IMG/VR virus record: IMGVR_UViG_3300009702_001278
Span: 1,779 to 65,778 of that record
Reading direction: 5' to 3' (one strand)
Length of the DNA: 64,000 bases
Source of the DNA: a virus
Lineage: Duplodnaviria > Caudoviricetes
Shown: piece by piece, positions 38,312 through 47,958 of the stretch
Layout of the letters: every line of letters begins with the position of its first letter
How positions within the stretch are numbered: the stretch's first letter is position 1
Position numbers and translations under genes: made by a program
Notes under the pieces: generated by a model
Database searches by the model: none
What the model saw: the letters and a program-made list of their open reading frames with translations, nothing else
Told to the model about the DNA's origin: nothing

Positions 38312-38875
38312 TAGACAATCTCCACCGCATCAGGTTAACAGACTTATCCGTTTTCCTCAGCAACTCTGATAACTCCCTAATAGATAAATGCCAATTATCT
38401 TCCAATATTCTAATCTGAGTTTCTGTCCACCATCTTGGTGACCTTACATAAAAATCAGAAAACATCTTTTGCTTCTTTCGAGCAAGTGAAAAACAGTCTT
38501 TTTCATATATCAGGTCTCGCAATGCCAGAGTGTCTCGTTTATACATGGCAAGAACATATACTGGACTATACTCCGCTTTTCTCTGTTCTCTAATTTTTCC
38601 CAACCCTAACCGAGAGTGAATCTGTTCAATAAATATTTTCGACCCTGATACTATACCTGATTCGATAGAGTTACGCCTTAAATAAACCCATCCATCGCCA
38701 TCAAACACTCCACGGAGATAACTGCCAAAAAAACATCAGGGACATCCGATGGCATCTCGATTATCCTGCTTTTTCTCGGTAGTACTACTTGTAATGCTAA
38801 CGACTGAACAAGTTCTACAGAGTTAATTCGCAATCGGCAGGACAAACCTCGCCGGTTCTCGATCTTCGCTTCTGG
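38298..38875 (-). pseudogene. degenerate LAGLIDADG endonuclease (5' half missing, frameshift in a T7 run)
   Basis: RLRINS..LVQSL...PRKS in one frame, then YLRGVFDGDG in the next frame across 38727-38733. Confidence 0.75.
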
Positions 38876-39023
38876 GATTTTTTGCATTGCCTTCAGCCTG
38901 CCCGACCTGCTTGTAACAGTCATAGATTGAGCACTGACGGCAAGCGTCTTTATCCTTTGCAAACTTCACGTATTCTGAAGTGACCTTAGTAAAATTCCGC
39001 TCGATTACTTGGTCAATATCCAT
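38874..39023 (-). pseudogene. duplicate UDG N-terminal fragment
   Basis: MDIDQVIERNFTK...CRQCSI...QVGQAEGNAKNP versus UDG MDLDKIIERNFTK...CEKCSI...QVVQSEGNGCNP. Confidence 0.85.
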
Positions 39024-39037
39024 TGCTTCGTCCCTGA

Positions 39038-39046
39038 ATTATACAA
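39038..39046 (-). promoter_or_regulatory. putative TTGTATAAT promoter element
   Basis: Intergenic recurring 9-mer. Confidence 0.5.
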
Positions 39047-39048
39047 GG

Positions 39049-39366
39049 TTATGACTGATCTTGTTCCGTTTCTTCTTCAGTATCCAACTTCTGCACGAAG
39101 TAATCCATTAAAGCTTCTGCCCAAGGCAATGCCTGCTCTTCGGCGAGTCTCTCAAAGGCTTCTACTGCTTCATCAAATGTATCAAACAAATGAGTGCGTG
39201 ATATTTCAGAGAACCTCTGATAAATCTTGGGTGAAGCAACATATAGAGAAAATTCGTCTGCGTTTTTCACCTTCGGATGATTAGGTTTATGAAAGATGGT
39301 AGCCAACACTATGTCGTTGTGTCTTAACTCCCATTTACGGTCTTTGATTTTTGTCCATTCTGTCAT
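39049..39366 (-). CDS. hypothetical protein
   Basis: 105-aa ORF, GAGGGG RBS, ATGA coupling. Confidence 0.6.
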   Translation of the reverse strand: MTEWTKIKDRKWELRHNDIVLATIFHKPNHPKVKNADEFSLYVASPKIYQRFSEISRTHLFDTFDEAVEAFERLAEEQALPWAEALMDYFVQKLDTEEETEQDQS

Positions 39367-40524
39367 TTCTTCCCCTCAAATATATCTATGTGGGTCGTTT
39401 CTTTCAACCTCTTTTGAGCGATTTCAAAAGATTCTGGGTTATTTTCATACCCTATAAATCGGCGGCGCAGCTTCTTGCACGCTTTTCCTGTCGTCCCCGA
39501 CCCCATAAAAGGATCGAGCACATTAACAGGCTCATCCAATCGGGCGGGCCTTGGACTTACCAACTTGATAAGCCGCTCCATCAGCCTAATCGGCTTAACG
39601 GTGTCATGAGTATTATACGAACGTTTCTCATGTTTGCTGGGTTTTGGCACCATAAAAAAGCGGTCATAATCAGCCATAAGAGGATCAAGCCACACTAAAT
39701 TGGCAGGCCACCTACCACCCGGATGGACATTTACCTGTTTCTTGCCACCTTCATTTGCCGAAAAATACTGCACATCACCGTGTTCTTTACCAGCAAAATG
39801 TAAAAATGTCTCTAGCGACCGCTTATCCTCATCAGACTCATAGGGTATTCTACACGCATCAATGTTGATCGCCCCAACATGCCACTTCAGGATGTTTTCA
39901 ACGTAGCTGCCCTCTAAAGGCTTCTGAGCCAAGATGATCGGTTCCCACGCAGTCTTTAATTGAGTTCCCCATCCGTCCCACTTCTTGGCTTCTTCAGAAG
40001 CAGGAGCGGTAATATCCCACGATTCCGCCGATTCCGCCGATTCGTGTGAACTCAAAGTATCGGCATGATATACATTCGACTTGACTGTTGGGTTGTTCTT
40101 CAGTGTTGGATGTACCCTGCGAGCTATGACTTCACGATCAGCACCAAAATGCTTGTCGATTGCCCGATCAATCGAATACGAATGCGGGAACCCGGTAGCA
40201 TATCCCCAACACAAGCAGTCCTTGATCTCAAACCCGGCATCTTCCAACTGTACACCCAAACGATGATACAGTCTGGTGTGGCCGAATGCTACAAGAAATC
40301 CGCCAGGGCGCAGCGCCTCAAAGCATGCTTTCCAAATCTCAATCGGCGGCAACACCTTATCCCAATCCAACCCCATGAAATTCATGCCATAACTAATAAG
40401 GTGGGTCAGTGACGATTGCATGAATTGAATTCTTGTCCAAGTGTTGAGAAATCAATTCAGCGGAATCACCGAGGCCCACCTCGCGCATTTTCCCCTTAAA
40501 GTACTTTGCCATATCCAATTCCAT
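39363..40524 (-). CDS. DNA methyltransferase (beta class) interrupted by a 7-nt insert after DPPY
   Basis: Upstream frame gives ...GDS...SIHAIVTDPPY then TAG; downstream frame gives YGMNFMG...HDTVKP...LDPFMGSGTT. Confidence 0.85.
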
Positions 40525-40592
40525 CTAAAATACCAAATCTTTTATAATCCACAAACATCTCAATCTAATTAATCTTTCGTCTCCAATCCTTT

Positions 40593-41477
40593 TTATTTGA
40601 AGATGTTACCTGTTTGCCGTCCCTTAATTGCCTTTTGCCCTCGTTGCTTCTTAGCCCATTCATTAACAGACACTAACAATATCTCTGTCTTTGATGCTTT
40701 TTCTTCAGACCCAGATAAGTGCATCTTGACATCTTGTGTTACCACTTCACACCCTGCCTTCTTGTACAGCTCTACCACATCGCTTTCTTCATAGTAGCTC
40801 ACGACATATGAACCTGCTATACCCTGAAGATGACAGTACATTTCATTGTGGTCAAACCCATCCTCTTTGTTTACTTCATAATAGTCCGACTCCACTCCCT
40901 CGTAAGGTGGATCAAGGTAGAAGGTGGTCGATTCGCTATCCCATTTCTTGAGTATCTGTCGATAGTCCAGGTTCTCTAAGAATACTGAACGCCACCGCTC
41001 ATACACCCGAAGAATCAAGTCCCCCAACTTACTCCAAGTATCATAGTTGATTTCGCCATCCCGAGTAATACTCCACGGCGACATCATCTTCGCACCAAAG
41101 CTCTGGCGATTTACAATTAGAAAAGCCAGAGCCTGGTCCAGCATATCAAGGGACTCTAGTTTGTCCTCATCTTGAACTATCTTAAGAGCCTCATCAAAAA
41201 ACTTGCGGCTGTACGGGGTGAGATTCACAAGTTCTGCAAACTCTGGTGCCTTGCCTTGGAGTACCTTGAAAAATGAGTACAATTTGGCATCCAGATCGTT
41301 GTAAACGTATCGGGTATCCCTACCTGGACGTAGAACGACATCAAGTACCGCACCCGAACCACCAAAGACATCTACGAATATCTTGTGTGATGGAATATGA
41401 AACTTGATCCAGTTAGCAAGCTTAGATTTGCCGCCAACTCTCTTAATAACCAATCCATTCTCCCATAGCCCCGCCAC
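40593..41477 (-). CDS. Dam-like DNA adenine methyltransferase (D12 class)
   Basis: GGKS, DVFGGSG, YNDLD, YLDPPY. Confidence 0.9.
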   Translation of the reverse strand: MAGLWENGLVIKRVGGKSKLANWIKFHIPSHKIFVDVFGGSGAVLDVVLRPGRDTRYVYNDLDAKLYSFFKVLQGKAPEFAELVNLTPYSRKFFDEALKIVQDEDKLESLDMLDQALAFLIVNRQSFGAKMMSPWSITRDGEINYDTWSKLGDLILRVYERWRSVFLENLDYRQILKKWDSESTTFYLDPPYEGVESDYYEVNKEDGFDHNEMYCHLQGIAGSYVVSYYEESDVVELYKKAGCEVVTQDVKMHLSGSEEKASKTEILLVSVNEWAKKQRGQKAIKGRQTGNIFK

Positions 41478-42090
41478 GGCGCTGAAGGTAATCTACGCCA
41501 GGCTCTTTCACTTCCCACAAGCTGGTCCATTTTTCGGGTACTTCAAGGAAATGTTCGTACTCTCCTCGAATTGTCCACTTGTACACTTTATCGGCACCGT
41601 TTGGACCTGGCCCTGAATAGTCATCAGTATCGGTTGTGGGGTGGCGTCCACCGAATCCACGATGACTGATTACTTGTTGGGCTTCTACCAGAGCCCTCTT
41701 CGGCACAAGCAAAAGTTGCTTGCCATCCCCCTTGACTAAACAAACAATAAATTTATACGACGGGTACTTCAGAATCATTCGGAACTTGCGAGCAGGGATA
41801 TGCACTCCCCTGTAAATAAAATCCCAGTCGCGATCCGACTTGATCTCTGCATCAACTAAAAGTGGTGGTCTGTCTGCTATATCTACTTGCAGATCAGGTT
41901 CTTTATGGTCTTTGGTAGACTGTTTATCAAACGGCTTTACCGCTCCACCTTTCCACGAGTAAAACAGTGCAGCATGTTTTTTACCTATTTTGTCGTATTT
42001 AGCCCAGTACTCTTTATCAAAATAAGCAACTGTATTACCTGATTCATCAACAAACGTAGGCATTAGTTTACCCTCTGAAGACCGATACAT
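41443..42090 (-). CDS. putative PD-(D/E)XK nuclease
   Basis: PDL...VDAEIK motif; likely start ATG 42063; lies between two Dam-like MTases. Confidence 0.45.
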   Translation of the reverse strand: MYRSSEGKLMPTFVDESGNTVAYFDKEYWAKYDKIGKKHAALFYSWKGGAVKPFDKQSTKDHKEPDLQVDIADRPPLLVDAEIKSDRDWDFIYRGVHIPARKFRMILKYPSYKFIVCLVKGDGKQLLLVPKRALVEAQQVISHRGFGGRHPTTDTDDYSGPGPNGADKVYKWTIRGEYEHFLEVPEKWTSLWEVKEPGVDYLQRRGGAMGEWIGY

Positions 42091-43076
42091 CCCTCGATAA
42101 TGATGTCTTTGTCATTCCCGCCAATTTTAGCTTTTGCCCACGCATCTGTGCGTGTGGCCGAATACATATCGCAGCCACCCGCAGGCTTACCCTTGCCTTT
42201 GGTCTTTTCCTTACCTTTGAGCATTTTGTGAAGATCATAATTGGTTATAAATAACTCGGTCTTCTCGTTAGTTCGTTCAACAGATTCTTCCGATGCACTG
42301 TATATGATAGGGTCAGTACGGTAGATAAAGTAATCCCCGTACAGGTCAATCACATCCTGTACATCATCATATGTAATTAGGAACTGGTTTCCATTCACAT
42401 GTACCTGGTCACAACACTTCTTAAAGTCTTGGTGGTCTTGGGTACCAAATACAAATTCGTAGTAGTTGGTGCCATCTGCGACAAAGTACGGCGGATCACA
42501 ATAGAAGAAAACCTTGGCTCTGGGATCAGAATACTTGTCAATAAGTTTCCTAAAGTCTACCTGCTCGATCTGAGCATTGGTAGAGCTAAACCGTTTTCTG
42601 AACCTCTCGAAATCCGTGTTCATATTGTATCGGCTTTTAGTCAATGGGGAAGCCTCGTAGCCTCCCTGTTTGATTGAGCTAAAACCTTTCTTGATACAAT
42701 AGTAATAAACGAAAGCACGTTGCGCTGGGTTAAGTTCATCCAGCTCTTTGTCTGACAACTTCTGCCACTTAATGAAAGTCTCGCGGGATGCGGGCATCCA
42801 TTTAACATACTCCACAAACTCTTTGCGTATCTTCTCATCAAAGTATGTACCAGACAAAACCTTAAACAAGTTGACCAGTTCGTGATTCACATCGTTGATG
42901 ATTTCGATCTTGGCGGGTGGCTTGCCAAAGAAAACAGTAGCCGATCCCGCAAACACCTCAACATAACAGTCGTGCTTAGGCATGCAGTTGATAATTGTTG
43001 GACGCAAACGAGTTTTACCACCAAGCCAGCCAATCGGTGCGTTACAATTCATAGGAATGATATGCTTAACTAACAT
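42063..43076 (-). CDS. Dam-like DNA adenine methyltransferase (D12 class)
   Basis: WLGGK, EVFAGSA, INDVN, YCDPPY, ELFITNY. Confidence 0.9.
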   Translation of the reverse strand: MLVKHIIPMNCNAPIGWLGGKTRLRPTIINCMPKHDCYVEVFAGSATVFFGKPPAKIEIINDVNHELVNLFKVLSGTYFDEKIRKEFVEYVKWMPASRETFIKWQKLSDKELDELNPAQRAFVYYYCIKKGFSSIKQGGYEASPLTKSRYNMNTDFERFRKRFSSTNAQIEQVDFRKLIDKYSDPRAKVFFYCDPPYFVADGTNYYEFVFGTQDHQDFKKCCDQVHVNGNQFLITYDDVQDVIDLYGDYFIYRTDPIIYSASEESVERTNEKTELFITNYDLHKMLKGKEKTKGKGKPAGGCDMYSATRTDAWAKAKIGGNDKDIIIEGCIGLQRVN

Positions 43077-43177
43077 TTCGATCTTCCATCGTACTTACAC
43101 GTGTTAGAACAATACTTACTGATATTGCCACCGATAGGAGCATCACAGCCGAGTTTTATGATATGCTTGCCTTGCAT
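43070..43177 (-). pseudogene. duplicate dam N-terminus fused to an endonuclease-like remnant
   Basis: MQGKHIIKLGCDAPIG (compare MLVKHIIPMNCNAPIG) followed by GNISKYCSNTCKYDGRSKC. Confidence 0.7.
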
Positions 43178-43797
43178 TTTTCTCGCACTCTTTCTAATCG
43201 TTTCTTCTTGAGTATGTGCCTTCGACGTTGGAGCATAGAACTCAGAGATGAAAAGGTCTCGTGAATATCCTCGAAATTACAGTTCGCAATATCACTATCA
43301 ATGGAAGCGTACAGACTATCTATTATACCACATTCTTGAGGATCATTATTGACACTCTCAAGATAACTACGAGACATCGAACTGATCGCCATCAACACAT
43401 CTTGTAACTGTAGCTCTTCTCGGGGTCGATTAAATGCTTTGGTTATACGCTCTAGCTCTATATCGATACCATCTGCCAAGCTGATTTCCATACCTTCACT
43501 AAGACGAGACAGTGCCTCTTTGAAAGACAGCCCCTCTAGCCCTGCCAACAGATGAATGATGTTGTACGACCGCTGACATCCGTAGCAGTAGAAGTTCTCA
43601 AAGTCTCCCGACTGTGTATACACTATGAAACTGGGCTTTGTTTCATTATGGTCAGGGTACGGACATCTAAATTGGTACTTCCCACCCGGCAATGACTTAA
43701 CAGGTTGATGCCCCTTTTTCTCAAGATAATCGAGTATTGATTTCTTACGAAGGACTTGATAAATTATTGACTGTGTTGAACTCATCCTGAATCTCAT
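43156..43797 (-). CDS. CHC2 zinc-finger protein (primase N-terminal domain)
   Basis: CPYPDHNETKPSF...FYCYGC...LSFKEAL. Confidence 0.85.
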   Translation of the reverse strand: MRFRMSSTQSIIYQVLRKKSILDYLEKKGHQPVKSLPGGKYQFRCPYPDHNETKPSFIVYTQSGDFENFYCYGCQRSYNIIHLLAGLEGLSFKEALSRLSEGMEISLADGIDIELERITKAFNRPREELQLQDVLMAISSMSRSYLESVNNDPQECGIIDSLYASIDSDIANCNFEDIHETFSSLSSMLQRRRHILKKKRLERVREKCKASIS

Positions 43798-44419
43798 CTA
43801 TAGAGTATTCTTTATCTTCAATCACATTGAACGCCGATTCAAACGTAAACCAAGGAGATAGATCATCACCTCTTCCTAGTACTGCATATGACCCCTTATT
43901 CAGCCAGAAAGGGTAAACTTCTGTCAACTTGCGACCTAGCAGTGAGTTGAATGTGATATTACATAACATCGGATGAGATAGCATTATCACATTGTCATCA
44001 CGATTGCTCACCGACTCTTTTACAAAAGGGACAACCCTAGCTGCACATTGTGATACTGACTCTCCATTTTCAGCACATATACGGGTATGCTGGAATAAGT
44101 CAGACTGGAACCCTCGTAACAATTTAAGACTTGTCCCAGTCAGAACCCCGAAATTCCGCTCACGTAAGGCATCAGTCTCTTTCACCTTCAGTGGTCGTCC
44201 TGATTCAAGACGAAGGTAATGAAGAATACGTGATACTCTAGCTGCATTACTAGATAGCACTTGCCCAATATGATTCACGTTAGCCAGGACATGTCGAGCA
44301 AATATTACTGAATCTCGCATCCCTTTAGGGGTTAGTGGGACATCTCTGGAGCCAACAAGTAATCCACCTTTGTCTAGTTCGGTCTCAACATCGTTCATAA
44401 TAACTAGAGCATTTACCAT
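43745..44419 (-). CDS. histidine-phosphatase-fold protein lacking the RHG motif
   Basis: DVPLTPKG, LRERNFG, GES, LSH present; RHG position reads MND/NDV. Confidence 0.7.
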   Translation of the reverse strand: MVNALVIMNDVETELDKGGLLVGSRDVPLTPKGMRDSVIFARHVLANVNHIGQVLSSNAARVSRILHYLRLESGRPLKVKETDALRERNFGVLTGTSLKLLRGFQSDLFQHTRICAENGESVSQCAARVVPFVKESVSNRDDNVIMLSHPMLCNITFNSLLGRKLTEVYPFWLNKGSYAVLGRGDDLSPWFTFESAFNVIEDKEYSIDEIQDEFNTVNNLSSPS

Positions 44420-45915
44420 TTGACTTCACCGTTATCATCTACATCATCTGGCAACTGCAAATCAGGAGCACCAGCAAAGTTTAAGTGTGATCCGATCTCC
44501 TTCTTAATTTCATCTTCAGGCGTATCCAAAATAGCATCCGTATCAAACTCAGTTGCCATCGCCATATGCTCTATCTCACTCACATTTGTTATGAGACAAC
44601 AAGCTGGATCAATACGAACTTCATATGTCTGCCCTGATCGACCATGACGAGCTTTGACAACATGAATCTTAATCTTGTCTTCTTCATCTTTGTGAGGTAA
44701 CAGAGCAAAGATGGTATCACTATCTGCCGAATACTGGTGAGAACCGTGGATAGAGGTCGAGTCTATAGCATCCTGTTTGCCATCTTTCCAAGCACGAATA
44801 GCTGCTCTATTCATCTGAGCAGCAGAGACAATATGAAAACCATGTCGCTTACCTAAGAACCGCAAGTCTTTTAGAATGGCACCAATCTCGATATGTCGCT
44901 GTCCGTACTTGTTATGGGCATCTGTCTCTAGAGTATCAACATAGTCAATGATAACTACCTTCGGTTTGAACTTGGAAGCCTTGCTTTCAATCTCATGCTT
45001 AAGCGTCATAACGGACGTTCGCTCATCGGCATCAAGTATATGAAAGTACCGCTGTGATTTAGTCCAAAGCTCACTGTTAGCTATTTTATCTATATCCTCA
45101 TCTGACAGTTTGGTTTTAGGTTCTGTCAAACCTTCCAATGGAATACCAGTACGATTTGCAACAATACGGTTCAAAAGATCATACCTACTCATTTCCAACG
45201 GTATGAACAGCACCCCATGACCATGCTCGGCGATATTCAAACCAACGTTCAACATCATGTTGGTTTTGTGACCACCCGTATCGGCAACAAATAAGGTTAA
45301 GTGTTGTGGTTTGAATCCATAGGTCATCGGGGCATCTATCGCTTCAATGCCACACCTAATTCGGGTATCTTCATTCCGCAGCGCCTCCAATTCTTTCATG
45401 TAGTCATCCTTCATCTCCTCACCAGAGCCATAAAACACTCTACGAGTCTCTGTAACGCTAACGGCAGCATGAAGATTATGTGCTAAGTCTTGAGCAGCTT
45501 CGAGATACCCTTTCCTCTTGGAAGTATCAGCAAAGTCGGCAAGATACCGCTGACTTTTTCTTGCTATGTATGATTCGATAAGTTGGGCTTTAAGTGACCC
45601 TAGATCATCAACATCTGCATCCGTACCTACAAAGCATTTATCGTGCAACTGAACGGCAATATAGATGTTGCCCTGTTGAAGACCTTTCTTACCAAGATAT
45701 TGCTTGTAACCCTCTCGGGTTAATAGTCGCTTATGACCACTATCAGCAAATTCACTAATAGCAGCATCAACGATGGGACGATGAGTACCCTCGAAGAAAT
45801 CAGGTGAGAAGCCGCCCTCTACCATTTCTTCAATAACATGTAAATGGTTGAGCATCAGATGGATTATCTTACGCTCTACTTCAAGATGATATTCAACAGG
45901 TTGTATATTATCCAT
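44413..45915 (-). CDS. dnaB: DnaB-like replicative helicase
   Basis: ADTGGHKT, PLEM, IIDY, AAQMNR, KARHG. Confidence 0.88.
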   Translation of the reverse strand: MDNIQPVEYHLEVERKIIHLMLNHLHVIEEMVEGGFSPDFFEGTHRPIVDAAISEFADSGHKRLLTREGYKQYLGKKGLQQGNIYIAVQLHDKCFVGTDADVDDLGSLKAQLIESYIARKSQRYLADFADTSKRKGYLEAAQDLAHNLHAAVSVTETRRVFYGSGEEMKDDYMKELEALRNEDTRIRCGIEAIDAPMTYGFKPQHLTLFVADTGGHKTNMMLNVGLNIAEHGHGVLFIPLEMSRYDLLNRIVANRTGIPLEGLTEPKTKLSDEDIDKIANSELWTKSQRYFHILDADERTSVMTLKHEIESKASKFKPKVVIIDYVDTLETDAHNKYGQRHIEIGAILKDLRFLGKRHGFHIVSAAQMNRAAIRAWKDGKQDAIDSTSIHGSHQYSADSDTIFALLPHKDEEDKIKIHVVKARHGRSGQTYEVRIDPACCLITNVSEIEHMAMATEFDTDAILDTPEDEIKKEIGSHLNFAGAPDLQLPDDVDDNGEVKW

Positions 45916-45919
45916 ATTG

Positions 45920-46786
45920 TTACGATCCTTCCATACATAGCTTTATCTCTACGTTGGATGGATCAAGCATAATCTGCAACGCTCCTGCACCAAGCATCTG
46001 TTTGACTCTATCAGAGTTAATACCCCCTACTCGGGGCTTACCATGACAGCCAGACAAAAACTCGGGGTTGCACGTTACAATAGTGGGAAGGCTGCTGCGC
46101 CTATAGAATAATTGGTCAAGATCGACCACTTTATTGTTGGATACATCGAAATTGTCGATAACGAGGAAATTTACTTCCGCCCATTCATCTAACTGTTCAA
46201 AGTCAATGTATTTACCAAAGCTATAAGCGGCGTCTACCAACACAGAGCCTTCTACCCATCCGAACGTATAGTCCTTACCACTGTCTATTGAGGCTCGAAC
46301 AACTTCTTTCAAAATCAACGCCGCAAGCAAAGATTTACCACTTCGATTACCACCCGCAATAACGACATTTCCGCCACACACTGACTTCTCATGAATCAGC
46401 GAATGCTTTTGTCGTTCTTCACGAGTTGATACCAAATTGATATCATCGGTATCAAAGCAGTAACACATCGCTTGCGAACGAGCCCGTTGAGCGACCATAG
46501 CAGCAGTATTCTCATTCATCCCTTCAATACAACCAATTACCTCGGTTCTGCCGTTTGGATATCGAGTCCGCAATGAGCCATTAAAATCGCTCCAGTTGTA
46601 GTACTTGAGTCCTGATGGTTTCAGCTTGATCTGCTCAAAACGCCACTTGACCGCAGCTAAATGTTGGCATCCACAAGCTGTCCAACCATTATCCCTAAGC
46701 ACACACTTAACACCCTTACAACGAGGGCATTGTGATGCGTAATGTTCCTTGTATTCTGAGTACGATATTAGAGATTGTCGATTCAT
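45920..46786 (-). CDS. DnaC/IstB-like helicase loader
   Basis: N-terminal CPRC...CGC, GGNRSGKS, LVIDN, LPTIVTCN; next to dnaB. Confidence 0.7.
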   Translation of the reverse strand: MNRQSLISYSEYKEHYASQCPRCKGVKCVLRDNGWTACGCQHLAAVKWRFEQIKLKPSGLKYYNWSDFNGSLRTRYPNGRTEVIGCIEGMNENTAAMVAQRARSQAMCYCFDTDDINLVSTREERQKHSLIHEKSVCGGNVVIAGGNRSGKSLLAALILKEVVRASIDSGKDYTFGWVEGSVLVDAAYSFGKYIDFEQLDEWAEVNFLVIDNFDVSNNKVVDLDQLFYRRSSLPTIVTCNPEFLSGCHGKPRVGGINSDRVKQMLGAGALQIMLDPSNVEIKLCMEGS

Positions 46787-47958
46787 TCAGTTAAGTCATC
46801 TTCAGTCAGATCGTTTAGGTCGCCCGCCAAATCAAAAGTTCGGTCGGGAGTCGAGACTGCATACGATTTGCCTGAACCAGAAGAGTTGGCCAGACGAGCA
46901 CGACCGCCCGATCCATCCTTACCCTTGGCCCATTCACGCATGACGGTGACTTCCTCTCGCCTGCTATTATACAACGGTTGGAATTTGCCTATCTCACTGA
47001 CAATATCATCGGTCGTTACCTTGCGCTTCTTATCTTGGAATGCCAAGAATAGCGCATTATTTATTCCCTTTTCCATTTCAGCAGGGCTGTAGTTATCAGC
47101 CGCATCTGCGATTCTCGACAGATTGAAGTCGGCTGGGTCTCGATCTTTCCGCTTTAACAAAACTTCTGCAACCTCAACCCGTTGATCCCGGTCGGGTAGA
47201 TCAAGGAAGAAGATTTCATCGAAGCGCCCTGCACGCTGAAACTCAGGTGGGATACCATCAAGATTGTTAGCAGTTGCAATAACGAAGACAGGCTCTTCCT
47301 TTTCCTGCATCCACGTCAACAGCGTACCAAAGACTCGGTTGGTAACTCCACCATCAGTGACATTACTACTTGCTACCCCACCAATACCCTTTTCGATTTC
47401 ATCCACCCAAAGGACACAGGGTGCAATAGCTTCCGCAGTCTGGATGGCAAGTCGAGTATTCTCCTCAGACTCACCAATATGAGCCGAGAATAAGGCCCCA
47501 ATGTCCAGCCGCAGAAGTGGCATCTCAAAATGGACACCAACTGCATCCGAGATCATCGATTTTCCTGTGTTGTGGGACACGATATCATTGGAATAATATC
47601 TATGACTTAAACTCTTCACCTCTAAATCAAAGGTGTCTTTTACTCCTATAGATTCTTTAGCGACAACTGCTTGCCACCCGGACATTGTGCGTACTAAATC
47701 CTCCTGCACATTGATGTCTTCCGACTTCTTCCATGAATGACACTCAACACTATCACTCGTCCATATGTAATGATCAGCAGAACATCCGAGTTCTTGACCA
47801 TTTTCCAGCACCAAATTATAACAATCTTTATTCCGCTTCTGTACCAGTGATCCTATGTCTTGCCATCCATCGGGAGTATGAATTTGATAAGTACCTCCAT
47901 CCTTACACAAAGCAAAAAACTCTTCTATCGTAATTTCCTGTTCTTCATCTTTTTGCAT
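46783..47958 (-). CDS. C-intein (130 aa) fused to the C-terminal half of a Ycf46-like AAA ATPase
   Basis: CSADHYIW, TFDLEV...IVSHN then TGKS, LWVDEIEK, ATAN, RAGRFDE. Confidence 0.88.
   Translation of the reverse strand: MQKDEEQEITIEEFFALCKDGGTYQIHTPDGWQDIGSLVQKRNKDCYNLVLENGQELGCSADHYIWTSDSVECHSWKKSEDINVQEDLVRTMSGWQAVVAKESIGVKDTFDLEVKSLSHRYYSNDIVSHNTGKSMISDAVGVHFEMPLLRLDIGALFSAHIGESEENTRLAIQTAEAIAPCVLWVDEIEKGIGGVASSNVTDGGVTNRVFGTLLTWMQEKEEPVFVIATANNLDGIPPEFQRAGRFDEIFFLDLPDRDQRVEVAEVLLKRKDRDPADFNLSRIADAADNYSPAEMEKGINNALFLAFQDKKRKVTTDDIVSEIGKFQPLYNSRREEVTVMREWAKGKDGSGGRARLANSSGSGKSYAVSTPDRTFDLAGDLNDLTEDDLTE

Noticed and set aside
38727-38733. Programmed -1 frameshift at T TTT TTG in the LAGLIDADG remnant
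   Set aside because: The gene has already lost its 5' half, so homopolymer decay or sequencing error is the simpler explanation
16065-40045. Short tandem repeats (15 bp near 16065, 12 bp near 25247, 9 bp near 25648 and 40021)
   Set aside because: In-frame slippage duplications in low-complexity protein regions; no spacers and no shared unit
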